Notes: a model not told the origin generated them from the letters alone. A stretch of DNA of 64,000 bases from Octopus vulgaris (GCA_951406725.2 OX597816.1:8432001-8496000); one strand, 5' to 3'; numbered from the stretch's first letter, positions 1-13,620 are shown. Made by a program: numbers and translations.

Positions 1-17
1 CTCTCTCCCAGATGTCT

Positions 18-246
18 TTAACCCTTTCATTACCAACCCAGCTGAAACCAGCTCTGGCTCTGTAGTACAAATGTCTTGTTTACATAAATTTTGAATTAAA
101 ATCTTCCACCAAACCTTAGTCACAATTTATGTTCCTAACACTAGTTTAATGATAACTAAGTTATTTTATTAAATTCTTTGTTATATTTAAAGTAATTGAA
201 AGAAACACAGAACATCTCAACAGAAATACAGTAATGAAAGGCTTAA
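18..246. mobile_element. piggyBac-like MITE (TTAA-CCC termini)
   Basis: TTAA followed by ccctttcattac at the left end and gtaatgaaagg(c)ttaa at the right end; the same family recurs at 2472-2696 and 53911-54558. Confidence 0.7.
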
Positions 247-713
247 AAAAAAGCTTATCCAATACATTTCATTTTTGAATTTGGTTTGCAAGAGTCTTGA
301 CTGTTGAAAAGGTTGCAAGACGCAACGAAAATTTTAGGAAAATAAAAATAAGAAATAAGTGGAAATTTTACTGGTGAGTGTGTTACATTATAAGGCACAA
401 AAAGAAAATGACTCTCCCCAGACACAACAGAATATCCAATACATCATTCTCAATTAACATCTGTTTTCCGTGCTGGCATATGTTGGATGGTTTGACAGGA
501 GCTGGCCAGGCTGGTGCAGCTCTCTGGCTGACCAGTTCCTGTCAAACTGCCCAGCCCATGCCAGTACGGAAAATGGACATTAAATGATGATGATGATGAT
601 GACTTCTACGATTCTGTCCTCATGGTTTGATGTTTTATAAATGCATTTATTACATTATACTTTGAAAAGAAAGGCTATCAATCTGTTGTACATTTGTTGC
701 TTTATATTTTCAG

Positions 714-878
714 ACTGGTTCCGAGCAGTGCAGGCTTTCGCCATCTTCACACTTCTCTGTGATCTTGGTTCGCTTCTTCTGATTTTGCTCTATTTGTCCC
801 CCTACACCACTGAAACGGTCTACAAAGACAGGAAAATGAAGCTTTTCATTCTCAACTGTGTTCTCAACGGGATTGCAG
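714..878 (+). CDS. Claudin/PMP22-EMP family tetraspan membrane protein, penultimate coding exon
   Basis: tttcag|...|gtatgt, phase 1-1; encodes DWFRAVQAFAIFTLLCDLGSLLLILLYL...LFILNCVLNGIA (W.RAVQAF motif plus hydrophobic helices). Confidence 0.8.
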
Positions 879-1796
879 GTATGTACTTGACATTTATTTA
901 TAAAATTTGAATTTCTGAGATTCTTTACACTGTTCATTCTTATCTGTCACCTTTGCTCACAAAACTGCATGTGTGTCTCATCATCATCATCAATTAACAT
1001 CCATTTTCCATGCTGGCATGGGTTGGACAAGGTACAATGGCCCAGTGGTTAGGGCAGTGAATGGCAGTCGTAGGATCACAGTTTTGATTCCCAGTCCGGG
1101 CGTTGTGAGTGATTATTGAGTGAAAACTGTTAAAGCTCCACAAGGCTCCATCTTAGTATGCTTGTCTGCACAGGACCCTGCTCCACCTCCACCCTCCCTG
1201 TTCTGTCAAGCATTTCCCCCACATCTCTTCCCCAGACACTCTATCTATGGTACCACTCAGCTGCTGTTATCACCAGAGAGCAGAAGTGGCACATACCACA
1301 CCCCCTCCCTTTCGGTTATCTCCTCCCCGCCTCATTCAACCACTTCCATCTCATTATCTTCCCTGCTCACTATTTTCACCAATCATCTCCTTTCTATTTC
1401 TCTAGCCATTTTTTCTCTCCACTCTTCTATACTACATCCTTAACACTTTTACACTTTGTCATACACACACACCGACATTGCACATTCAGCAGAGCATATT
1501 AACTTCCCTTCTTTCTAGCCCTTGCATGTCCTCTGCTTTTATGGCCCAAGTTTCTCTGCCATACCCTATAGCCATTCATACACAAGCATCATACAATCTT
1601 GTCTTCCATTCTGCAGGTGATATCTTTTGTTGCCAACAGAGGTAATGGCTCTCTAAACCTTCTCCATCTTCTTTTAATGCTAATACCTATGCTTTCAGGG
1701 CATTCTTCTCTACTGCTAATTTGGTCACCTTCATAACAGTAACTATCTACTACCTCTTAAATGTCCTCTTGGATATTTAAGGAAATCTGCATCTTG

Positions 1797-2113
1797 TGTG
1801 TTGTTGTTGTTGTTTGTTCCTTCTCAAGCCATGCCTGGCTCATAGGGCCGGTTTCCCAGTTTCATTGACGAATAGGTTCCCCACCTGGATGGGACGCCAG
1901 TCCATCACAGGTGAGCTGCTAGATGCAGGAGGAAAGAATGAGAGAAAGTTGTGGCAAAAGAGTCAGCAGAAGTTCGCCATTACCTTCTGCCAGAGCCATG
2001 TTGAGCTTAGGTGTTTTGCTCATAAATACACACATTGCCCAGTCTGAGATTCAAACCTGTGATCCCTTAACCACAAGTCCACTGCTCTAACCACTAGGCC
2101 ATGTGCCTCCACA
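1797..2113 (-). mobile_element. tRNA-derived SINE
   Basis: Reverse strand begins gtggaggcacatggcctagtggttagagcagtggac (A-box-like); (CAA)n tail. Confidence 0.6.
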
Positions 2114-2471
2114 CTTGTGTGTTCTTAGTGTCTATTATTTCTGCACATCTGTCACACCCACAAAGTCTACTTTCTCTGTTAACCTTCCTGTGATTCCACT
2201 GCATCTGTTCTATGTCCATAGCCTACCCTAGATGCACCATAAGGAATTTCTACCTACACCTTTTCTACGTTTGAAACAAAGCCATTTTCATGAAGAGATT
2301 AGCAATTTGTCTGTTTACCTGGTTACTAGTGCTTTGGTTTTTAAGTTAACCCTAAGGCCCTCCAGTTCCAGTCCCTGCTTCTACACTTGAAATTCGTTCT
2401 CTGATTCTACTATAGATTCAGCTATAAGAGTAAAATTATGTATATAGAGAAACTCTCACAGGCACTCGGTC

Positions 2472-2696
2472 TTAACCCTTTCATTACCAACCCAGCTGAA
2501 ACCGGTCTGGCTCTGAGTACAAATGTCCTGTTTTCATAAGTTCTGAATTAAAATCTTCCACCAAACCTTAGTCACAATTTATGTTCCTAACACTAGTTTA
2601 ATTATAACTAAGTTATTTTACTAAATTCTTTGTTATATTTAACGTAACTGAAAGAAACACAGCATCTCAAAATAAAAACAGTAACCAAAGGGTTAA
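2472..2696. mobile_element. piggyBac-like MITE
   Basis: TTAA-ccctttc ... aaagggTTAA; closely similar to 18-246. Confidence 0.7.
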
Positions 2697-2945
2697 ACTC
2701 TTCTGTTATGGCCTGGAGGACTGGTAAATAAGAGAGGATGAGAACTAAGCTCTGGTGAACTCCTATTTACTAAATTTGTCTTTATATTCATTACTTTCAC
2801 CTTATTGATAATACTTTGCACCTGACTTGGACAGCTCTCACCAGCCGTTCATCTGCCCCCAGCTTCTGCAGTTACCTTACTAAAATGAGAGCATGAATAA
2901 TACTCTTTGGTACGAAAGAAAACAGCCTAATTAATTAGGCTGTCT

Positions 2946-3366
2946 GGATCTTTTCAGTTTGAACGGCAGTTTTTTCTAGCGGTGTCATATGAAATTGTCA
3001 CCCATAATTATGACCCTAGTATCGATCTATTGCATTTCAATCTGTTTTAGGGTTAGTTAGGGTTAGGGGTGGGGGAAGGGTATCTTTTTTCTTCAGAAAT
3101 GTAAATAAACACAATCTGTTTCTTAAACGAGGAACATATTCATACGGTACAGAATGTTTTTTTACCTCAATAGACGTCATTGATTGGTTGAAATTGCAGA
3201 AATTGAAGGAAAAAAAACAACAAATATCTTACAAACTATAGAATTTTCTCAATAAAGCCAAGAGAAAAAGATGCTTTATAAACACATTCTACCAGTATAC
3301 GAAGTTTAAAATTTTTTAGTTACGTAGAAATTATGTCAAAAACTGCCGTTCAAACCGAAAAGATCC
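2946..3366. mobile_element. MITE with ~28-bp GG-initiated TIRs and 8-bp TSD (Merlin- or hAT-like)
   Basis: TIR ggatcttttc(a/g)gtttgaacggcagttttt; flanks ggctgtct / ggctatct; internal TTAGGG-like tract at 3047-3070. Confidence 0.75.
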
Positions 3367-3915
3367 GGCTATCTTCCTAATTAATTGAGCTGTAACCCTT
3401 TTTGTAACTTTCATGTCCTGGTTCAATAATTCAATACCTCTGTACATCTTTCTTTTACTTATTTGTGACTTTTCTGGAAGCTCAATATTTATATAAATAA
3501 CAGAACTTCCTCATATATTTTGTCAACTCTTCTATGAAGACACTTTCAGAGTAAGTTCTAACACATTAAAATTGATATTGTTTATGAATTTGTTTTGCAG
3601 GATTTCTGATGTGAAACCATGTGTTGAAACAGATGTTGTTATATTTTGGGATGGTCGTTTTTTTTTTTCTTTCTATTTTTTCTTGCCAAATAAACACAGA
3701 TAAGGATACACATCTTAGAAAGACAGAATGGACTGAGCAGAATAGGAGGAAACAGGTTGGATGGAAAGGTCGCGCTGAAGAGGTCACAGGTGTGTGACAA
3801 AAGATTTCCAGACAAGGAACTTAAGATAAAATAAGGACAATAATAAACAAATAAAGAATGAATATATAGTGCTTTGGTTTATTTGGCAAGAAAAGAAAAA
3901 ATGACCATCCTGAAA

Positions 3916-4188
3916 TATTGGGTTGTCCGGAGAGTTTGTGCCGATTTATAGTAACTTACCTTTCGACTTATTTTAGAACATGGTTGAGTCCATAAAATAG
4001 GATTTGGCTACATCTCCATTTAGAGCACAGTTTAAGCTATCTTTTCGTGGAAGAAGGTTTATGTTCCTATAACCTGTGTTAATTCTGTAACCCTTTAAAA
4101 TGGAAGATAAGAAAATGTAATGGCAAGTATTTATTGACCTTTTTCTTTCGTTTAAAAATCGGCAAGAACTTTCCGGACAACCCAAATA
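3916..4188. mobile_element. mariner-derived MITE
   Basis: TA + ttgggttgtccgga...tgccgattt and the inverted aaatcggca...tccggacaacccaa. Confidence 0.7.
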
Positions 4189-4289
4189 TAACAATATATT
4201 GATGATTTTCTGTTTATAAATGACTTTGACAATATCTTGTGAAAGATATTCAGAACTTACTCTTAAATCTCAATTATCTATTTTTGCAG

Positions 4290-4513
4290 CTGCCTTGGTC
4301 TTCATGGATTCATTGATCTTTGCCCAGATGTCCATTGACCCCAGCTGGATGCCACGGCCCTGGATGAACTATTTATCCTTTTCCTATGGTCTGAATGTCC
4401 TCTCTGGCTTCTTCAGTGCATTTGCTTGCATGTTTCTCTTTTTGATGATTGATGTTATTAAAACTTACCCTGAGAAAGAACCATCCAAAGACAACAAATT
4501 AGGTTTCCACTAA
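4290..4513 (+). CDS. Claudin/PMP22-EMP family protein, last coding exon
   Basis: ttgcag| acceptor in phase with the 714-878 exon; WMPRPWMNYLSFSYGLNVLSGFFS resembles the second loop/TM4 of invertebrate claudins; ends at TAA. Confidence 0.8.
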
Positions 4514-4639
4514 TTACTGCCATCTGGTGAGGAATTCTTTTCTTTCTAAAAGTTTCAACCTTGCTTTTACCTTAATTTTCTCACAGTGTTCTTTTTTGAA
4601 TTCATTCCTGTATATCAGTGTTCAGGCTAAATTTGTCAG

Positions 4640-5003
4640 TTTGCTGGTGGCACATAAAAAGCACCATCCGAACATGGCCGTTGCCAGCGCCGCCTCGACT
4701 GGCTTCTGTGCCGGTGGCACATAAGAAGCACCATCCGAACGTGGCCGATGCCAGCGCCGCCTTGGCTGGCTTCCGTGCCGGTGGCACGTTAAAAGCACCA
4801 ACCGATCGTGGCCAATGCCAGACTCCCCTGGCACGTAAAAAGCACCCAGTACACTCACGGAGTGGTTGGCGTTAGGAAGGGCATCCAGCTGTAGAAACAC
4901 TGCCAGATCAGACTGGAGCCTGGTGCAGCCCCTGGCTTCCCAGACCCCGGTCAAACCGTCCAACCCATGCTAGCGCGGAAAACGGACGTTAAACGATGAT
5001 GAT
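4640..5003 (+). mobile_element. RTE-LINE 3' UTR/tail retroposon with hairpin minisatellite
   Basis: Repeated gtggcacrtaaaaagcacc units, gttggcgttaggaagggcatccagc core, (GAT)n tail; more than 15 copies in the window. Confidence 0.75.
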
Positions 5004-5059
5004 AAAACGAAAACACAATATCCAATCCAAAAACTAAAAGTATTTAAAAAAAAATAATA

Positions 5060-5250
5060 AACTATTCAGTAGATTATGCAGAATAGTCTTAATGGTAAAA
5101 ATTTCAATTCCTTGGATGACGTAAAAAGATACCTTGATGAATTCTTTGCCATGAAATCACATCGATTCTGGGAAGAGGGTATTTTCAAGTTAAAGGAAAG
5201 ATGGAGATGCATTGTGCAACAAAATGGTTTATATTTGGTTGATTAAAAAT
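5060..5250 (+). mobile_element. mariner transposase C-terminal relic
   Basis: Translates to QNSLNGKNFNSLDDVKRYLDEFFAMKSHRFWEEGIFKLKERWRCIVQQNG. Confidence 0.75.
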
Positions 5251-6619
5251 GTAACAGTTTCCCCAACCAAGCTGTCCTCAGCTTCCACCACAGCCTCAGA
5301 ACCTGGCACTTGCATTCCTCACTAAGTTCCTGGGAAGATCTTTGGAAACCACTTTGATCTCAGTCACCAGCTCAGCCTTGACATTTCAGGCAGAGTGGTT
5401 GGTGTCTTTCTCAACTGTGCTCTGCACATAAGTAATCCATGGGATTACAATCTGGGGGATTAGAAGATCAGGAACTGGAACTGGTGAAGTTGTAGGAATT
5501 CTCTGACAACCACTTCTGACTTTCTGGAGGTATGGTACTGAGACGAGCCCTACGTCCACACACATGGCCTTCCAGCAGCAACCCTCTCCAGCCAGGGATT
5601 GACCAGTCTCCAGCAACTTCATTGAGCCTAGGGTCCAGTCCTGCAGTTGTTAATCTTGGCATGCAGACACAGTCAGATGCCTGCTGTGTCTCTTCCTGTT
5701 GGTCACAGCTTCATAGTCTCCATTGCAGCTGTCCACGTCACATCTTACAGCCTTTAGGGACCACAGGGCATTGAGCAGCAGTCATTTTGATATCCACTAC
5801 AAATCCATCCTCATGATACAGGTAACTCCTTTCCAACATTCAAATGGCTTCCAGTCCTCCATGTCAGCTAACTTTCTCTCGGCTACAACTTTAATCTCTA
5901 TGCTCTCCAACGCCATTGACTTTTCTTCAGTACATCAAACTGTCCCTGAAAAAGAGGGAGACAAAAAAAATTGTCATATTTAGCCCAAACATCTGTATTC
6001 ATAAAAACAACCATTAGCTTTATATCTAAATGTGTGTGAGAGAGAGACAGGGACATAAATAACAATTTCTCCGCTGTTTTGAGAAGTTCTCTTGGAAGGA
6101 TAAAAGCCATGTGTCGCCAGCAGAAGGCTGAACCATTCTAGTGTATGGCTGCTAACCACAAAAATGATTGTTGTTGTTAAGCTTCAAGCTAACCCTGGCT
6201 GGTCAGGCATTTTATTTACCTGATTTATGTTTTTAAGAAATAGTGCATCCTAAATTACACCATCCAGTGTGTTTTTTAAGATATTTGAGATATAGTTGAC
6301 TACTATTTCTAGTAAGTCATGTGTCCATGTAGCAGCTTCCTCGTTGTTTTGGCAGTCACAGCCTCACAGAAATTATTGTTACTAAACTTTTTTAGTGGAT
6401 GGGGGAATAAAAGACAAATTACACTCACCAAGTCTTAAATATAAATCTGTAACCGTCTCTGACAGACATTATATTCTGCACCAAGAGGTCCTCAGTGGCA
6501 AAATGGAGTGAGGATGCATCTTGCTTCTTGTGTAAGCGGTGGGACCTTATAATTTGATTTATATTTTGATTGAAGACTATATCAAAATCCTGTTATGGGT
6601 AAAATTTAAATATTGAATA

Positions 6620-6960
6620 GGAGTGGCTGTGTGGTAAGTAGCTTGCTTACCAACCACATGGTTCCGGGTTCAGTCCCACTGCATGGCACCTTGGGCAAGT
6701 GTCTTCTACTATAGCCTCGGGCCTCGGGCCAACCAAAGCCTTGTGAGTGGATTTGGTAGACGGGAACTTAAAGAAGTCCATCATATATATATGTATGTTT
6801 GTTTATCTTTGTTTACGTCCCCATAACTTAGCGGTTGGGCAAAAGAGACCGATAGAATAAGTACTAGGCTTACAAAGAATAAGTCCATGTGGTCGATTTG
6901 CTCGACTAAAAGTGGTGCTCCAGCTTGGTTGCAGTCAAATGACTGAAACAAGAAAAAAAA
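6620..6960 (+). mobile_element. tRNA-derived SINE with CORE-like accttgggcaagt segment
   Basis: Head ggagtggctgtgtggtaagtagc...ggttcagtcccactg; other copies at 25387-25862, 49905-50372 (+) and 32439-32876, 34850-35053 (-). Confidence 0.7.
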
Positions 6961-8089
6961 ATAGCAGTTTGCCTGGACAGAATATCTGGCCAACAAGAAA
7001 ATTTGGATAAATTCACATTTTGTTTTCTGATTATTTCTCTCAGAATCAGGCCATCAACATAAGACTGTTGTGAAATATCCTACACAATCAGCAATTCAAT
7101 TCTATTAACACAGAAGTTCTCAACATGGGTGGTACTGACCCCAACAAGGTGCTGGGCATATTGAAGGGAGAGTTGGGTTTTAGGGAACAGTGAGGTAACA
7201 TAATTGACATAGTAAGTTTTGGTAGATGGACCGAATGCCAAAGGACATGAAGCTGAACAGCCAAGATGCTGTTCGGCTTTGTCTTTTGGCAAAAGTGCAT
7301 TTGACATCCTGTCCACGCATGTAAATTTTACCTATAATAGTAATTATATTATGCATGATAAAGCTAGTAATGAGTATTAAAATAAAATGAAAGGCAAGTA
7401 TATATCACGGCTGAAGACATGCTTGAACAAGAATAATTAATTTTCAATGTTATATTTCTGGGTGGAATAGTACAGTTTAGGCATGCAGTCTTGCTTGTTG
7501 TTTTCTTTGTATCTTGGGATCTCCATTTGAGTAAAATATATTAATTATCATCCGTGTGAAGTTTAGTTATATCTCATTCACCACTTAGGTGGGTGCTAGG
7601 TATAAAAAAAAATGGGCTAGTACAAAAGAAAAAGGGGGCAAGAACCACTATTAACCTAAAGGTGCCCCATTCTGTGGGTACCTTTGACATTCACTTAATC
7701 CTTTCTACTCTAGGCACAAGGCCCGAAATTTTTGGGGGTGGAGGGCCAGTGGATTGGATCAACCCCAGTACGCAACTGGTACTTAATTTATCGACCCCCA
7801 AAAGGATGAAAGGCAAAGTTGACCTTGGCGGAATTTGAACTCAGAATGTAAAGATGGACAAAATACCGCTAAGCATTTTGCCTGGCATGCTAACGTTTCT
7901 GCCAGTTTGCCACCTTAATGACTCACATAAAATTAATGTCAGTATGAAAATATTGTAATAATCAAAATATAAATCCTACTTCAAGTTTTTCCAAACCTCA
8001 TTCTGTGATGCACCTGGACACATCATTATTGATATTTCATGAGTGTCATTAGGTGTTTCAGGTCTTTCAACAATCAGACACCTTTACCC

Positions 8090-8310
8090 ATCATTAATCA
8101 AGCCCTGGCTACGAGGGTCCAGTTAGCATTGCCCTGGTAGCCCTGTTCCTTCCAAGGCTCACACTTCCTGATTGGCAGTCATTTTGAGGCAGCCTCTGCT
8201 GTCTCCAATATCACCTTGATGGCCTTCCACCTATTGGCCCCAATCATGCTCAACATTTTGTAAGTTTTGCAAAGGGCCTGGACCGCAACCCTTTTGCATC
8301 TCACCTGAGA
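8090..8310 (-). mobile_element. RLE-type (HERO/NeSL-like) LINE C-terminal relic
   Basis: Minus strand reads ...QALCKTYKMLSMIGANRWKAIKVILETAEAASK*L. Confidence 0.45.
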
Positions 8311-9640
8311 AGGATCACAATCATCATCATCATCGTTTAATGTCCACTTTCCATGCTAGCATGGGTTGGACGATTTTGACTGAGGGCTGGTGAACCAGAT
8401 GGCTGCACCAGGCTCCAGTCTTGATCTAGCAGTGTTTCTACAGCTGGATGCCCTTCCTAACGCCAACCACTCCGAGAGTGTAGTGGGTGCTTTTACATGC
8501 CACCAGCACGGGGGCCATTCAGGCAGTACTGGCAATGACCTCGCTTGAATCTTTTTACACATGCCAATGGCACAGGTGCCAGTAAGGCGATGCTGGTAAC
8601 GATCACGCTCAAATGGTGCCTTTTTGAAAGTAGAAAATTATGTAATAAATATATTTAATGAAGTCCTGTTATCTTTTAAATAATTTTTTTTGCCTCATTT
8701 TAATGTTTTTCTAATGGTTTTATATTTTTCAGCATTTATGATGAATCCGTTAACCAAAGGACTAATTAACATCTTAAAATTTCATCACAAGTTTGGCATG
8801 TTCTTACAGATGATGTCTGTCAACTTTGGACAATATTTTTTTACATCAAATTTTTTATACATTTATTCTGAGAAAATATTCGTCTTGGATGTCAGCAGGT
8901 TGCCTTGTAATATAAACTGAAAATGCTGTGTTATTCACATTTTTGATATTATCATCCATTTTTTTTTTTTCTGATTAAATTTTAATCTGAAATATTTTAT
9001 AATCTAAAGTTAGATGCTTATAGATAAAATTATTTGTTATCTGTAAAAAGTAGCTAATAAGGCAGTTATTCATAAAAACTTCTTTCAATATTGATATCAT
9101 CGTTACATGTCCAATTATGCTTTTTGATTATATTATAACAATTAAGTTTGTTGGATAGAAAAAGGTTTTTAATTGGTTTTAAAGTTCTGAATATTATTGT
9201 GCCTTAACCACTGCTGATCCTTTACCAATAAAACCAGTGGAATGTTAGAAGAAAAGGTTTGAAATGTTTGTTCCAGCAGGTTACAGTCTGAGTTTGAATC
9301 CTGCTGAGGCCATCTTTACCTTTCATCCTCCTGGGGGTCAATAAAATAATAATCCAGTCAAGTAATGGAGTCCTTGTTATTAACAAACTCCTTCCACTCA
9401 AAAATCGTTGACCTCGTGTTATTATTAAAGGTGGCCAGCTGGCAGAATGGTTAGCATGTTCGGCAAAGTGCTTAGCAGCATTTTCTCTGTCTCGATGTCC
9501 TAAGTTCAAATTCTACTGATGTCAACTTCACCTTTCATCCTTTTGGGAGTCGATGAAACAGGTACCAGCTGAACACTGTCAATTACATCAACTAACCCCT
9601 TCCCCCAAAATTTCAGGCCTCGTGCCTATAGCAGAAAGGA

Positions 9641-12378
9641 CTATTATTAGTATTATTATTATGCTAATTTAGTCGGCAAGTATTGTATCTTGAGGCTTGG
9701 TGACAACAAGTCTCCTCAAATCTCAAGAATCTTCGTCAGGATTCTTTCAGAATATAGGATGGTACTTTTCTGCAGGTCAGCAATGCGAATTTTAATTCCA
9801 ATCTTTTTCGGTCTTTTAGAGCATTTTGGGAGTTGAACCAGGTCCACCAGTTACTACCAGGGCTGTGGAGTTGAAACAAAAAAATTTGGCTCCACGACTC
9901 TGACTCCACAACCCTGGAATAATTGCTGTCTTGGTCTTCCACAATCTCCTCAGCTCTTTGGATTGATCCTGATATTTTTCAATTTCTTTGGTATCAACGC
10001 TGAGGAATTGGAAAAAATCTATGACCTTACACTATGTTTATTTTGTCCTCTGTGATTGTATCTGGTCTTCTTGCTTCAGTAGTATGATCAGTCTATATGG
10101 GAAAATCTCACAAGATCTTGTAATTCTCATCATTATTATTATTTAGTTCCTACTTACATTCATTTCTGAACTATTTTGTATATGTTATTTGGAAAATTTT
10201 GCATTCATATATTTTTAGAGAATTAAGTCATTATATATATAACCAAAAATGAATGTATTTTATAATCACCTTAATGTACACAACTTTGTCTATTTTTCAA
10301 AATAAAGTTTTATAAAATCTCAATTGCTGATTTTCCTTCCATTATATTTTCTGTCTATCTATCTATCCACTCAGTCGAAGTCGACTCTCGGTTACTCGTT
10401 GGATCAGTATCCTCCAGTCAGTTCTATCCTGGGCCGCTTCTTTCAGATTGGCTATGTCCATTCCGGTATCACTCTTGATGGTGTCAAGCAAGCGGGTTCT
10501 TGGTCGGCTTCTTCCTCTCTAGCCACTGACCATTCCAATCTACTTGGTTTTTGCCTATTTTGGCTTTTATCCAATTAGTCGTTAATGCTTGATTTTGTGC
10601 AGCTACTAACAAACTTTTTGTCTCCCTCTTCAGCTTTCCCATCTCCAGCCACAACCATGTCTCACTACTACTATTTGCTGAAACTATCTTTAGGAATCTA
10701 CCATGCAATGCCTTCTCCTGCCAGTCAGATAATTTCTGTTCTTTATTCTGGTTTTAAGTTCGTTTGGTGTTTTGGTTTCTCTATGTCTTGCTGTAACTCT
10801 AGCAGCTTTTAATAAACTTTCTTCCCTATAACCTACATAGGAGTCTATATCTATTCTAGCTAACTCCACACAGTCTTCCAGTGATATTAACCTTCTTCCA
10901 CCTTCCCTTTTAGGTGGGTATGATCTTGCTACTCCTGCCCTTGGGTGGAGTCCTCCATTCACATTGAATTCCTTCCAAGTTCTTCTGTCTAGCTTTGCTA
11001 ATTCATTTTTGTCCAATCTACAAAAGCTTTGAGTATCTACGTAATGATACTGCCCAAGTATTTACAGCCTTCACTAGATTCGGACCATTTAGCTTTGACT
11101 TCTTTAGCTTCCTCACTCTTCTGATGTACTCCTCAATTTTCATTTTCATTTTTGTAGTTAGTACTCTGTCAGATTCTAATACTCCTGGATACTTTCAATA
11201 ATTTTTAGTGTCTGGCCATCGCTGTTGACTACCTGTCCCCTTCTCATGACTAATATTGCACACTTGTGGAGGCGCAATGGCCCAGTGGTTAGGGCAGCGG
11301 ACTCGCGGTCATAGGATCGCGGTTTCGATTCCCAGACCGGGCGTTGTGAGTGTTTATTGAGCGAAAACACCTAAAAGCTCCACGAGGCTCCAGCAGGGGA
11401 TGGTGGTGATCCCTGCTGTACTCTTTCACCACAACTTTCTCTCACTCTTACTTCCTGTTTCTGTTGTACCTGTATTTCAAGGGGCCAGCCTTGTCACTCT
11501 GTGTGTCACGCTGAATGTCCCCGAGAACTATGTTAAGGGTGCACGTGTCTGTGGAGTGCTCAGCCACTTACACGTTAATTTCACGAACAGGCTGTTCCGT
11601 TGATTCGGATCAACCAGAACCCTCATCGTCATAACCGACGGAGTGCTTCTATTCTATTCCACACTTATCTATGCCAAATTCCATGCCTGTATCTTTGCTG
11701 AAGAGTCTGTATTAAGGAATCTCTTTTTTCATTCTTTCTAAAATGCTTCAGATCATCCATGTAGAGCAAATGGTTAATTTTTCCTTACTATTTCAGAACT
11801 TACACTCTGCTTTTTCCTTCCTTAATACTAAACTGAAGGGGATCAAACATAGAATTAATACTAAAGGAGGCAATGAGTCCCCCTGGAAAATTCCTCTGGC
11901 CCCCGTGCCGGTGGCACGTAAAAAGCACCATCCGTCCGTGGCCGTTTGCCAGCCCTGTCTGGCACCTGTGCGGGTGGCACGTAAAAAGCACCCACTACAC
12001 TCACGGAGTGGTTGGCGTTAGGAAGGGCATCCAGCCGTAGAAACACTACCAGATCAGACTGGGCCTGGTGCAGCCTTCAGGCTTCCCAGACCCCAGTTGA
12101 ACCGTCCAACCCATGCTAGCATGGAAAGCGGACACTAAATGATGATGATGATGATATTAACTTTCCTTTAAGACTGTGTCACCTGCGTAGAGATGTACTT
12201 TCCATTTCTTCTATGCTAAAGTTAATTAATTCTCTTACATTGTCTGCTATACTGAATATACTCAAACATTCACTTATCCATGAGTGTGAGATCATGTCAT
12301 AGGCTTTCCTATACTCTATCCATGCTGTTGTTAGATTTTTCTTTTTAGCTTTTTCTTCGTTTTGTACTGCTTGACCCT
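9641..12378 (-). mobile_element. R4/Dong-like RLE non-LTR retrotransposon, degenerate and interrupted by SINEs
   Basis: RT motifs (RKAYD, GIFQGDSL, LLYMDDLK), LDRRTWK..GGLHPRAGVAR.Y.PKREGGR.L, ETWLWL..GKLKRETKSLLVAAQNQALTTN, an RLE KIL.DFPI.TD...EARRPD-like segment, and a (TAA)n 3' tail. Confidence 0.75.
11266..11659 (+). mobile_element. tRNA(Arg)-like-headed SINE, apparently full length
   Basis: A box tggcccagtgg, TCG anticodon-like loop, B-box-like gtttcgattcc; 7-bp TSD cacactt; relatives at 1031-1190 and 56830-57123. Confidence 0.75.
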
Positions 12379-13620
12379 CAAATCACAGTTTATAATCTCA
12401 AACAAAGAAGAGATGCATCGGATAATGCAATGGCAGGCATACAAAACACATTTTCTGGGTTTGAAGGCTTTCAATTGGAAACTTGGGAACCTTGACCTTA
12501 AAAGTAACCAATGAAGAAGGGAGATAACTCCTTTGTTCTTAAATCATCATTTACGGCATAATCTTTCATCACTGTCGTTATTTTGATATTTTGTCAATAA
12601 TTAAGGAATATTTGTTGCACTTTGGATTCTTTTGAATAAAAGGCTTTATAAACGTAAGGAATTTACAAGATTTTGGTTTTAGGAAATATATAACGCATAT
12701 TTTTATTAAATAAGAATATTCCTTCATGCAGTCGATATTTGCACACATATAATTTCGAATTATATAACAAAATGAAAGTCATCGTTTCATAGTTATAATT
12801 TTTAGAATTAAAGTGAGAAACATTGAACGATTTCCAAACGTTTTGTATAATAAACTGAAACAATTGACATTATTACGACATTAGAATCCCGGTTTACGCT
12901 AGTACTTCCGGTTAATGACCGCGTTGGCCCAGGATTTTCTTTTCTGGGATTTTTTCTCTTTTTATTTGATTCACGAAAATCAACTCCAAATTAATTCCTC
13001 GGTGAGTTCTTCTCCATTTCTCCAACTTCCTCTCCTACGTATTGTTCGTCTAATACCATTTTACCTCCTCCGTCAGTTTATTCCACTCACCTCCAATTAA
13101 CTTTCAATTAATTTCCTTTCCTTAATTAATTTCTTTCACTTTTCTCGTTTAATTACATTTTCAGGCGATCTTTCGTCTCTAGTAGACCTTTCCGTAAAAA
13201 AAATTTTTTTTTTTTTTACATATGGGCTTGCGGGAACTTTTGAAGTAATGAGAGCGAAAGAGACTAAGAGAAAGCGATTGTATGACGAGGGAAGTTCTTT
13301 TGAAGTTACCGTCCAGGGGAAGCATTGATGTACATGTGTGTGTGTGTGTGTGTTTGATGGGGTGTGGGAGACAGACAGTATGTTGTGTAAGTGAAGTGCT
13401 TCTGTTAGTGTGTGTGAAGAGACAGAGTAATGTGTGAAAGAAAGAGATAACTGAATTTTTTACTCGGTGTATGTGTATATGTATGTATATTACTTCAAAA
13501 GTTCCCGCAAGCCCATATGTAAAAAAAAAAAAAATTTTTTTACGGAAATCGACGGAAAGGTCTACTAGAGACGAAAGATCGCCTATTTCTCTTCTGGATC
13601 ACATTTAAATTGTTTTATCG
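12379..13620 (+). repeat. Segmental duplicate of the SF3B2 promoter/first-exon region (paralog of about 45480-46340)
   Basis: Near-identical non-TE sequence including ACTTCCGG (12904) and the donor cctcg|gtgagt (13001). Confidence 0.9.
13163..13584. mobile_element. MITE with ~85-bp TIRs
   Basis: aggcgatctttcgtctctagtagacctttccgt...gaagtaat inverted at 13488-13584; absent from the paralogous site near 46265. Confidence 0.8.

Larger units (their letters stand above)
1500..2870 (-). mobile_element. Degenerate RTE-clade LINE RT fragment interrupted by a SINE and a MITE
   Basis: Sequence homologous to the RTE fragments at 33.1-33.8 kb and 44.7-45.3 kb. Confidence 0.55.

Noticed and set aside
3047-3070. 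Telomere or interstitial telomeric array
   Set aside because: Only about 3 imperfect units, inside a MITE.
5260-5830. GC-richer stretch with several short ORFs (similar at 62470-63230)
   Set aside because: Probably old retroelement debris, but no motif could be assigned with confidence.
11268-11345. tRNA-Arg gene
   Set aside because: No proper acceptor stem; it continues into a SINE body with a TSD and has multiple decayed copies.
12663-12863. Short ORF conserved at two loci (also 45686-45967)
   Set aside because: The conservation reflects the recent segmental duplication; AT-rich sequence with no recognisable protein.
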